Shown here one piece after another: positions 48,101-55,333 of a DNA stretch of 64,000 nt. The stretch covers positions 40,939 through 104,938 of the forward strand of contig JAJCXX010000068.1 of the NCBI GenBank assembly GCA_029263195.1. Direction: 5' to 3'. Below the pieces are notes generated by a model, which was not told where the DNA came from, did no database searches, and was given only the letters and a program-made list of their open reading frames with translations. This stretch comes from Acidimicrobiales bacterium (GTDB lineage: Bacteria > Actinomycetota > Acidimicrobiia > Acidimicrobiales > Aldehydirespiratoraceae). Both the position numbers and the translations under genes were made by a program. The number at the start of each line of letters is the position of its first letter. The first letter of the stretch is position 1.

Positions 48101-48967
48101 GTAGCGCCAGAGGAAGTCGAACAGCCGACGGAGTTGGCGTTGATTCCAGATCAGCGTGCGGTCGTGCAGTTCGTGGCGGACGGTGCGGATCCATCGCTCA
48201 GCGAACGCGTTTGCTCAAGGAGCGCCAGGTGGGACGGTGATGACCGAGCCGCCGATGCCGGCGAGGACATCATCGAATGATCGGGCGTATTTGCCGGCGC
48301 CGTCGCGGATCACGAACCTGATGGCTTTGTCGTGGCCTATAAGCAGGTTCCGGGCAGCTTGGGTGGTCCGGTTGCCGGTGGGGTTGGTGGTGATCCTGGC
48401 GAGGTGCACGCGTCGAGTCTCGATCTCGATGAGGAACAGCACATGGGAGCGATGCAGAGCAACGGCGTTAGCGCAGAAGAAGTCGGTCGCGACCAAGGCA
48501 TGGGAATGGCTGGCAATGAACTCGCTCCACGAGGGTCCGCCGCTGCGGTTTGGGGTGGGTTCACGTCCGGCCTCTCGCAGGATCTTCCACACTGACGACG
48601 CGGCGATGCGGTGTCCGAGACGGCACATCTCACCGTGCATACGCCGGTACCCCAAGTTTGGGTTCTCAGTATCGGGCCGCAGCACTAGCCGGCGGAGCTC
48701 GGCTGATTTGGGTGGCCGTCCCGTTCTGGGCACAGGTGGTTGGGTCCGGTGGCGCGCGACGTGACGTCGATGCCAGCCGATCACCGTCGCCGGCTTCATG
48801 ATCAACATGGCCTGGCTCAGTCGTCGGGGATCGAATGCCCGCGAGAGCACGGCCAGGATCGTCCGATCCGTCGGTGTGAATCTAGGGCGGTCAATCTGGC
48901 GCTGCACCACCAGGACCTGATGGCGAATAGCGAGGATCTCCGCGTCGCGCTTGTCGCCGGACACCAA
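48101..48967 (-). pseudogene. IS481-like transposase, N-terminal and catalytic part, with an in-frame TGA
   Basis: DKRDAEILAIRHQ, GYRRMHGEM, rve core. TGA at 48215-48217 falls inside ...PPGAP*ANAFAERWIRTVRHELHDRTLIWNQRQLRRLFDFLWRY. The frame is then cut by the IS110 insertion. Confidence 0.75.
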
Positions 48968-49323
48968 GAGCAGCCTGAGGGTGCCGGAAACTCATCCGTG
49001 TACTCTGGCCTGGCGTTTCGCGGGATGCGAGTCGGGAAACGGCGGTGTCGGAAGAGTTCTAGATATCTGATCCACTGACATAAGACATGCTGAATTCGAG
49101 GCACGACGGGGTATTCGGCCCCCACACCCCACACCCCACATCCCCGGCCCAACTTCGTGATCGGCGTCGATGGGTCATCGTCGTACGAGAGAGCAAGTGA
49201 CCCACAGCGTGCTATGGTCGAACGTACGTACGCTTGATAGTGGCCTGATCCAACGCCTCGGTGTCGCACCTCGGTGTCAGACTCAGAGCCTCCGAGCGAT
49301 TCTCTAGCCGTAGGAGCAGGAAC

Positions 49324-49461
49324 ATGCCTAACGATCCGAATCCCCCGAATCGACCAGTCGATCCACCTCAAGGGCCTCCGGCTGATCCGCCGGATCCTCC
49401 CGGGCCTCCTCCAGGCCCGCCGGGTCCGCCGAAGCCGCCTCCGGGCCGCAAGGTCGGCTGA
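49324..49461 (+). CDS. 45-aa proline-rich small ORF ending in Gly (MPNDPNPPNRPVDPPQGPPADPPDPPGPPPGPPGPPKPPPGRKVG)
   Basis: AGGAG lies 8 nt upstream of the ATG. The stop is 6 nt before the TTG start of the E2-E1 gene. No homology can be inferred by eye. Confidence 0.45.
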   Translation: MPNDPNPPNRPVDPPQGPPADPPDPPGPPPGPPGPPKPPPGRKVG

Positions 49462-49467
49462 TCTATC

Positions 49468-51276
49468 TTGCAAGCTTGGTGGGATAGGTGGCCGGGGCGG
49501 CGGGAAGCGGAGCTGGATTCGTTCCGGCGTAACGGTCTCGCTTTCGCGGAGGACGCGGACGCGATAGCCGCCGGACGGCTCGTGTTGCAGGGTGCGGTCG
49601 TGGTCGGGGGTGAGGCCGAGCCCGTCAAGCTTGTGGTCCACTACCCCTACCACTATCCATGGACGAGGTTCGAAGTTGCAGCGCCAGAGCTCGACCTGCC
49701 GCGCCATCAGCACCCGTTTGGGAAGAATCTCTGCGTCTTCCCTCGCGGAAGTGAGCATTGGCGCAGAGACTGGCTTGCCGGAGACGTGATTGCCGCGCGA
49801 GTGCCGGAGTTGATTCGTGCTGTTCGCGAGGGAGGCGAAACACTTCTCGCCGTTGAAGAGCCTCAGGGGGAGCCGTACACGGACTACTACGATTTCCGTC
49901 CGCTCGGCGGGATCCTCGTTCCGGCTGAAATCCTTCACGCTGCGTCTGGTATCGACGGCGGTGAATGCACCGTCCGCCTGGCCGACTCTGTCGAGTGGCT
50001 CGGGCTTCTCTCTGGAGCAAGCATCAGCGATCTAGATCTGCCACCGATAGGCACCGGGGCTGTCACAGTCCTTCGCCGCGACAACCAGACGCTCGCCACT
50101 GCACCCGATGAGCTTGTCGCCGGCCTGGCAGGACCTAGCCTGTCCTGCGTCTGGAAGCGCCTTGCCGCACCTCCGGTGGCGAAAGATGCGGCCGAGTTCT
50201 TGGACGCTTTCGTGGCCCAAGGCGGGCGGACGCCGCACACGATGTCCTGGCATGGGCGAGGCCCGGCAATCGCACTGGTTGGCCTGGTCTTCCCTGAAGA
50301 AGTCCGTCAGGGTGAGTATGCGGACGCGTGGGTCTTTGTCGTGCTGGGCAAGCGAGCCAAGGGACGACCGCCGAAACCGAAGGCCGGCGAAGAGGAGCGA
50401 CCCGGTCACCGCATCTCAGCGGGGTTGGTGCGTGGCATGCGCTGTGGTGTTGCCGACCTGTTGGAGCGAATTCCCGAGCTCGCGGCGCTGCGGGACAAGC
50501 GTGTTCTCGTTGCCGGACTGGGGAGCCTCGGAGCGCCACTTGCTAAGGAACTTGCGCGCAACCTCGTGCAAGAGCTGAGAATCATCGATCATGACTTTGT
50601 CGATGCTGGAACGGTCGTGCGATGGGAGACGGGTCTGCGCGCCGCCGGCGTGTCGAAGGCGCTGTTCCTCGCGCTCGAGTTCCAGCTGAACTACCCGTAC
50701 ACGAGGGTAGTTCCCTCGGGCGCAGTTATCGGAGCGGCGGCCCAAGGAACTTCCGACGATGATCTGGACGTTCTCACCGAATTCCTTGCTGATGTTGATC
50801 TGGTCATCGACGCAACGGCAGAGGACAATGTGACTGCCGCGCTGGCGGACTGCGCCCAGATGGTCGGGGTGCCGATGCTTGCCATCTGGAGCATTGAAGG
50901 CGTCGGCGGAGTCGTTGGCCGCATCGTGCCGGGAGAGACCGGATGCTTCCACTGCTTGGAGCTGCACTTGAGCCCAGACCACGGGGGGAGTATTCCTGTG
51001 CCCGCACCGCCGACCGACCAGCGTCGCGTGCAGGCCCGCGGTTGTGCAGACCCGACTTTCACCGCGTCAGCTGTGGATCTACTGCCCCTGGTACACCATG
51101 GAGCGCGGCTCGCCTTCGGTGAGCTATGCCGCGGGACTCGTGATGGCTACCCGAGGTATGAGCGCGATGTCCACGTGCTGTCGTTGCGACGTCCGGACGG
51201 TGCCTTGTTCGAGCCGCCTGAGTGGGGATCTTTCGAACTCTCTGTTCATCCGGACTGTCCGTGCCACGACGACTGA
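49468..51276 (+). CDS. E2(UBC-like)-E1(ThiF/MoeB-like) fusion protein, Cap2-like
   Basis: N-terminal HQHPFGKNLCVF resembles the E2 HPN...Cys loop. C-terminal half has the Rossmann motif VLVAGLGSLGAPLAKEL...IIDHDFVD and Cys pairs CFHC ... CPC. The 602-aa size and domain order match CBASS Cap2. Confidence 0.7.
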   Translation: MQAWWDRWPGRREAELDSFRRNGLAFAEDADAIAAGRLVLQGAVVVGGEAEPVKLVVHYPYHYPWTRFEVAAPELDLPRHQHPFGKNLCVFPRGSEHWRRDWLAGDVIAARVPELIRAVREGGETLLAVEEPQGEPYTDYYDFRPLGGILVPAEILHAASGIDGGECTVRLADSVEWLGLLSGASISDLDLPPIGTGAVTVLRRDNQTLATAPDELVAGLAGPSLSCVWKRLAAPPVAKDAAEFLDAFVAQGGRTPHTMSWHGRGPAIALVGLVFPEEVRQGEYADAWVFVVLGKRAKGRPPKPKAGEEERPGHRISAGLVRGMRCGVADLLERIPELAALRDKRVLVAGLGSLGAPLAKELARNLVQELRIIDHDFVDAGTVVRWETGLRAAGVSKALFLALEFQLNYPYTRVVPSGAVIGAAAQGTSDDDLDVLTEFLADVDLVIDATAEDNVTAALADCAQMVGVPMLAIWSIEGVGGVVGRIVPGETGCFHCLELHLSPDHGGSIPVPAPPTDQRRVQARGCADPTFTASAVDLLPLVHHGARLAFGELCRGTRDGYPRYERDVHVLSLRRPDGALFEPPEWGSFELSVHPDCPCHDD

Positions 51277-51734
51277 CCGTCTACATCGAGCGAGTCGATT
51301 GGGCAACGCTGGTCGGCGAAGCTGTGCGGACGCTGCCGCTGGAGACCGGTGGCATCGTCATGGGTCGATGGCTCGACTCCACTGCGGCGCGGATCACCGA
51401 TGTCATAGGACCGGGGCCAGACGCAAAGCACGAACCGAGATCGTTCGATCCCGATCAGGACTGGCAGGAGAGCGAGGTCGCCCGGATTTGGACGTCGAGG
51501 GCTGGGGACGTCGAGTATCTGGGCGACTGGCACACACATCCAGATGGACGGGCGTACCCAAGCCGTGGAGACTCCAAGGCGGCAGAGTTGATCGCTTCCT
51601 CTTCCGAGGCGGGAGCGGAGCGACCAATCATCATGATCGTTGCTGTCTCCCCGAAAGGGTCGATGAAGGCACGGGTGCACGTGTGGATTGGCAAGCGTTT
51701 CAGCCGGGCGAGGCTCGTTGTCCGTTGGACATGA
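51261..51734 (+). CDS. JAB/JAMM (MPN+) isopeptidase, Cap3-like
   Basis: LETGGIVMG (Glu) and GDWHTHPDGRAYPSRGDS (HxH...SxxD). GTG at 51261 overlaps the end of the E2-E1 gene by 16 nt. Confidence 0.78.
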   Translation: MPRRLTVYIERVDWATLVGEAVRTLPLETGGIVMGRWLDSTAARITDVIGPGPDAKHEPRSFDPDQDWQESEVARIWTSRAGDVEYLGDWHTHPDGRAYPSRGDSKAAELIASSSEAGAERPIIMIVAVSPKGSMKARVHVWIGKRFSRARLVVRWT

Positions 51735-51802
51735 TCGAGAGGCTGAAGGCACCTTTTCGTTGATCGATCGACTGGCGCAGCTTGCTGGGTTGGGGTCGAG
51801 GT

Positions 51803-52614
51803 GGCACCGTTGTGTTGGTCAATCGGTTGGCGCGGCTCACGTGGCTGGTGTCGGTGTCCGGTCGGATCACCTCGGCAAGTTCGTCGAAGGCTGCCGCGAC
51901 GCGTAGACGGTCGTGGCGGGCTTCGGCGCCGAGTTCGTAGCGACCGCGTCGAACGTTCTGCATGAACGCGTGGCCACGAATCGCGACCGACGCGGTCCGG
52001 TCGGTTCGCAGACCTTGCATCGGCCGGAGTCTTGCTTTGGTCTGCCGTGGTCGTTGCCGATCCGGTTGTCGAATACTGCTCGGTGTCGTGCACTACGTCA
52101 GGGATCATCTCATCGATCACCCGAAGCAAGGGTGCAGCCAGATCGGTGGTGGCCTCAATCGGCCGCCCGTGGTTGCTCATGGCGTTCGCAAAGAATCTCC
52201 TGGCGGCAGCGATGTGACGCTTCTTCGACACGTACACGTCGATGACCTGGCCGTGCCGGTCAACAGCCCGGTACACACGTAACGCCAAACGCCGTTGACC
52301 TCGGCGAAAGTCTCGTCCACGAATCACCGGTCACCCACCACGTGACGGCACGGCCGGGCCGCGTCGATCAGAAGCGGTGTAAACCTGCCCTTCGACTTGC
52401 ACTACGGCTGGTTCGTCGCACCGATAGACCTCCGGCGAGGGCACATCGTGGAGTTCGGGCGACAGGCTGCAAGCGTATTCGGCTGGGCGGCTAAGGCGAG
52501 CCTGAGCTGGATGCTGGATGTGGCCCGCTATACGCAGATTGCGCTCGGTAGGAGATCTATGGCTAGTGTCTCCCACAGTCCGAGACAGGATTGGCGGGCG
52601 AGCAAGCGCGTGCC
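51803..52614 (-). pseudogene. IS6-family element (812 bp) with a decayed transposase
   Basis: Terminus GGCACCGTTGTGTTGG at 51803 and an imperfect inverted match ending at 52614. Transposase pieces lie in three frames: GDR*FVDETFAEVNGVWRYV (TGA where Trp is expected), YRAVDRHGQVIDVYVSKKRHIAAARRFF...HDTEQY, and MQGLRT...AIRGHAFMQNVRRGRYELG. Confidence 0.7.
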
Positions 52615-52637
52615 AGATCGACCTAGACACGAGAACC

Positions 52638-53975
52638 ATGGCACTGGCGGAACATATTGCGAATCTGCTTGAGTATCGGCGGACCCTCTTGGAGGAGGAG
52701 TTCGAGATCCGTCAAGGCCTCAATCGCGCACTTGAAGTAGTCGTGCTCGGCACTGGCGACTGGGTCGCGAGATACCGCGAGAACTTCGGCGATTATGCCG
52801 CAACATTCGGGAACCTGATAGTCACGTACGTTGACACAGCTCCCAGCATGCCGGATGACCAATATCGAAAACCATGGGCCAAGCGATTGCACGATCACGA
52901 CGACGATGTCAACGAAGTTGACCAGACGCCCGGCCTGATCGAGGTTGTGATGGCGGATTGGTGTGTCTCATGCATGGACGACATCGCAACGCTGAACCCC
53001 GATGTCGTGCTAGTTGCCACCCCCGACAAGACCCATACAGTCCAGGCCGCTAGGTGGATCGGGAGCGATGTCGCTCCTGCGCCGACACCGCTGGTGATCA
53101 TCGAGAAACCGTTGGCGACCGAAGTGGCGCAGATCGACGAGCTTGAGTCGGCACTAGCGATGTCGCCTACGCCCGTTGCCGTTCGTGGGATGGACCACTA
53201 CCTAGCACGAGCCCATGGGATTCTGGGGATCACGGACACTTTGTCCGGACATATCCAGGAAGTGGCTGAAATCCACTTCCATATGTGGGAGGATGACCCC
53301 ATCGAGCCCGAGCGGCTCCCGAGCCTCCAGACCGGCATCACCTATGATATGGCGTCACACTTCTTTGGTATCCTCACTCTGGTTGCAGGCGACGACTTGC
53401 CTGGAGGCATCGTTGTGAAGGCGGCCGGACAGCACGTGCCGCTCGTTTCAGACAGCACCTTTGGAGTCCCCGAGGACTTCGACGCCGAAACCTACTCGGA
53501 CATAGGTTTCGACATGGTAGTGCCCTTCCAGGGCCGAACAATTTGGTGCGAGTCGCATGTCGGGAAGGGTCAGCCGCGAGAGGTTAAGTGTCTCGACATC
53601 GTGGATCCTGAGGGAAGTCTTGTTCGTTTGGACTACACGCGGGGAGTCTCGTACCGCGTCGAGGCAGTCGATACGACGTTCGACGACGGCTGTCTCGTCA
53701 TGTGTCGCGAAGCTCACACTGATGGCGGGACTCCGTGTCCTCATCACCTACGTCATCTACAAGAACTGCCTGACGTCGACGTGTTCGAGCGCCTTGCACC
53801 CTTTGAGTACGCCGATGTGTTGCGGGCGGCGGCAGGGGGCGAGAATGAGGTACTTGGTACGTTGATACCGACGTCTGATTCGAAGTGGGTCGTGGGCTCA
53901 CTTGAATCGATGCGGACGGCGCTAGCAGACGCACGCGCCAATTGGACGAATCACCCTGTGGGAGAGTTGCCATGA
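52638..53975 (+). CDS. Gfo/Idh/MocA-like Rossmann-fold oxidoreductase homologue
   Basis: VVVLGTGDWVA, VLVATPDKTHTVQAARWI and VIIEKPLA (the family's EKP motif). ATG at 52638 is preferred because the longer ORF would overlap the IS6 end. Confidence 0.55.
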   Translation: MALAEHIANLLEYRRTLLEEEFEIRQGLNRALEVVVLGTGDWVARYRENFGDYAATFGNLIVTYVDTAPSMPDDQYRKPWAKRLHDHDDDVNEVDQTPGLIEVVMADWCVSCMDDIATLNPDVVLVATPDKTHTVQAARWIGSDVAPAPTPLVIIEKPLATEVAQIDELESALAMSPTPVAVRGMDHYLARAHGILGITDTLSGHIQEVAEIHFHMWEDDPIEPERLPSLQTGITYDMASHFFGILTLVAGDDLPGGIVVKAAGQHVPLVSDSTFGVPEDFDAETYSDIGFDMVVPFQGRTIWCESHVGKGQPREVKCLDIVDPEGSLVRLDYTRGVSYRVEAVDTTFDDGCLVMCREAHTDGGTPCPHHLRHLQELPDVDVFERLAPFEYADVLRAAAGGENEVLGTLIPTSDSKWVVGSLESMRTALADARANWTNHPVGELP

Positions 53976-54838
53976 CTGTCATTGACATCACGGAAGATAA
54001 CTCAATTTCGAAGGGTTCTGGCCGACAGGCGGTAAGTGCGCCCAGACACAACCGAGGCAATAACATGCCGGCGAGAGTAAACCGCGGTCTAGCGTGGTCC
54101 GACGGGAGCTTCCCTCTCCCTCCCGACGAGTCGCCGACGTTACGCGAACTCTTCCATCTCCTTCGGCGCGAGGTCGGCTTCACGAGACTCACGATTCTCG
54201 TTGATTCGTGGGATACGGAGCGGTCGATCGATCTTATAGACCGGATTCTTGAGTACGAAGAGCCAAGCGGGGGCGAGTTCGTGTTCTTGCTCCGATCGCA
54301 GGGTGGGCCTTCCGGCAGCCTGCCCGCCGGTCTGGCCTCACGAGAGGGCGTCCTTGTTCTCGACGAGAAGCGACGCTCTCACCAGATCCGGCTTGAGCAT
54401 TCATCAGTCAACGTACTCCTGTTCGACGGCAGCCGGAGCGTGCCGACCGAGGAACTTAAGGGGTTCGCTGATCGGACCAATGTTGTGCTTGTAGAGGGCG
54501 CCGGCCCAAGCTCCAAAGATCTTGTCCATGCGCTCGATGGGCTCTCGCTCACTACTCTCCTCTGCAGCCGCTACTCAGGAAAGACCTGGCGGTGTTTTGT
54601 GAATGAGGAGCGGGGAGAAGATCTCGTTCCATGCCTGACGCGTCATGTTCAGCGAATGGATCGGAGCCTCATGGAAGACGGAGAGCACGAGCAGATCGCA
54701 GTCGACTACCAGAACTGGCTACGCGCAGCGGTAGCTGGTGGCCTCGAGACAGAGACTGCAGCCACAGCCAAGTCCGCTGTGCAGAGATTTCTCTCAGCGC
54801 GCATCGGTGACGAGCGTACGGAGAGACTTCTTACCTAA
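53972..54838 (+). CDS. Hypothetical protein (288 aa)
   Basis: ATG overlaps the upstream stop (ATGA), suggesting coupling. No motif I can name. Confidence 0.45.
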   Translation: MTVIDITEDNSISKGSGRQAVSAPRHNRGNNMPARVNRGLAWSDGSFPLPPDESPTLRELFHLLRREVGFTRLTILVDSWDTERSIDLIDRILEYEEPSGGEFVFLLRSQGGPSGSLPAGLASREGVLVLDEKRRSHQIRLEHSSVNVLLFDGSRSVPTEELKGFADRTNVVLVEGAGPSSKDLVHALDGLSLTTLLCSRYSGKTWRCFVNEERGEDLVPCLTRHVQRMDRSLMEDGEHEQIAVDYQNWLRAAVAGGLETETAATAKSAVQRFLSARIGDERTERLLT

Positions 54839-54878
54839 GGGGGGACTATTGCCCGCAGGAAGTGTCCGTGAGGTGACC

Positions 54879-55056
54879 TGTGGGGGCCGGAAACTCGGCC
54901 GTGCTCTTGACCAGAACGTTCGCGATGGTGCGATCGGCTCCGTGGGCGGGTTCGGGTCGTGCCACAGCCGTGCCACTCAGGCGCCCCGAATTCATCGAAA
55001 GGCTGTCTCAAGATCTCAGTTTCCGTGTCATCTCGCGGCACTGAACGTGACGAGGC
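54879..55056 (-). mobile_element. IS481-like terminal remnant abutting the right island junction
   Basis: TGTGGGGGCCGGAAACTCGGCCGTGCTCTTGACCAG at 54879 (+), closest to the IR at 29737. The minus strand shows weak transposase-tail similarity (ANVLVKST versus RVVKST in copy B). Confidence 0.45.
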
Positions 55057-55071
55057 TCTCCCAGACGTCGT
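55057..55071. repeat. 15-bp direct repeat, right copy (putative att core)
   Basis: TCTCCCAGACGTCGT, identical to 28100-28114. Confidence 0.9.
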
Positions 55072-55333
55072 CGTCTTCGAGGAGTGGGGCCAGTGGCCCG
55101 TAGCCGGTGAGGTTGCGCATGGCCCGCTCGGCGACCGTGTCGGGGTCGTCGATCGGATACGGCCTCAGTCCCCGCATGTGATCGTTGTTCCAGCTCGATA
55201 TCTCGACGGCCACCAAGTTGGTCAACGCGTCGAGAGCGCCGCCGTCGTCGAGGTCGAGTGAGCTGGCCTTGGCGCGTTCCTGCACCACACGCTCGATGTG
55301 CTCGAGAGGGGTGAGGAGGGCGGCCGAGGTCAT
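55057..55333 (-). pseudogene. tadA: tadA/cpaF secretion ATPase, N-terminal fragment (87 native codons, then a 9-codon island-derived tail ending at 55028)
   Basis: MTSAALLTPLEHIERVV...RNLTGYGPLAPLLEDDDVWE, followed by non-homologous SLVTFSAAR*. The start overlaps the tadZ stop (ATGA). Confidence 0.85.

Larger units (their letters stand above)
46485..49126 (-). mobile_element. IS481-like (rve-type DDE) insertion sequence, copy B, disrupted by a nested IS110-family element
   Basis: Inverted termini: TGTGGGGGCCGAATATTGTGTCGTGGC at 46485 (+), and TGTGGGGGCCGAATACCCCGTCGTGCC as the reverse complement ending at 49126. About 1.2 kb after removing the 1.44-kb nested element. Confidence 0.75.
28115..55056. 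mobile_element. 26.9-kb accessory/defence island inserted in tadA
   Basis: Interrupts a reading frame that can be reconstructed. Flanked by the 15-bp direct repeat. Dense in IS elements and accessory genes. No recognisable integrase. Confidence 0.8.

Noticed and set aside
48215-48967. Considered the 'integrase core' protein as the island's site-specific integrase.
   Set aside because: It is an rve-type DDE transposase that lies within its own inverted repeats (46485-49126) and is a pseudogene. It is not a tyrosine or serine recombinase.
49127-49323. Searched the region upstream of the Cap2/Cap3-like pair, and the rest of the island, for a CD-NTase or a CBASS effector.
   Set aside because: Only 198 bp separate the IS end from the small ORF, and no ORF in the island shows a nucleotidyltransferase GS...DxD pattern that I could recognise. 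I therefore did not call this a CBASS system.
49368-49628. Gly-rich minus-strand ORF (…GGPGGPGGGPGGSGGSAGGP) that mirrors the Pro-rich small ORF.
   Set aside because: The plus-strand reading has an AGGAG site at the correct spacing and is coupled to the downstream gene. The minus-strand ORF has no such signals and overlaps the E2-E1 start region. Strand assignment of such low-complexity sequence still needs experimental support.
48817-49938. 373-aa minus-strand ORF running from the E2-E1 gene across the Pro-rich ORF into the IS481-like end.
   Set aside because: It crosses a mobile-element boundary, is antisense to the E2 domain, and contains only frameshifted pieces of the IS transposase leader. 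It is not a credible gene.
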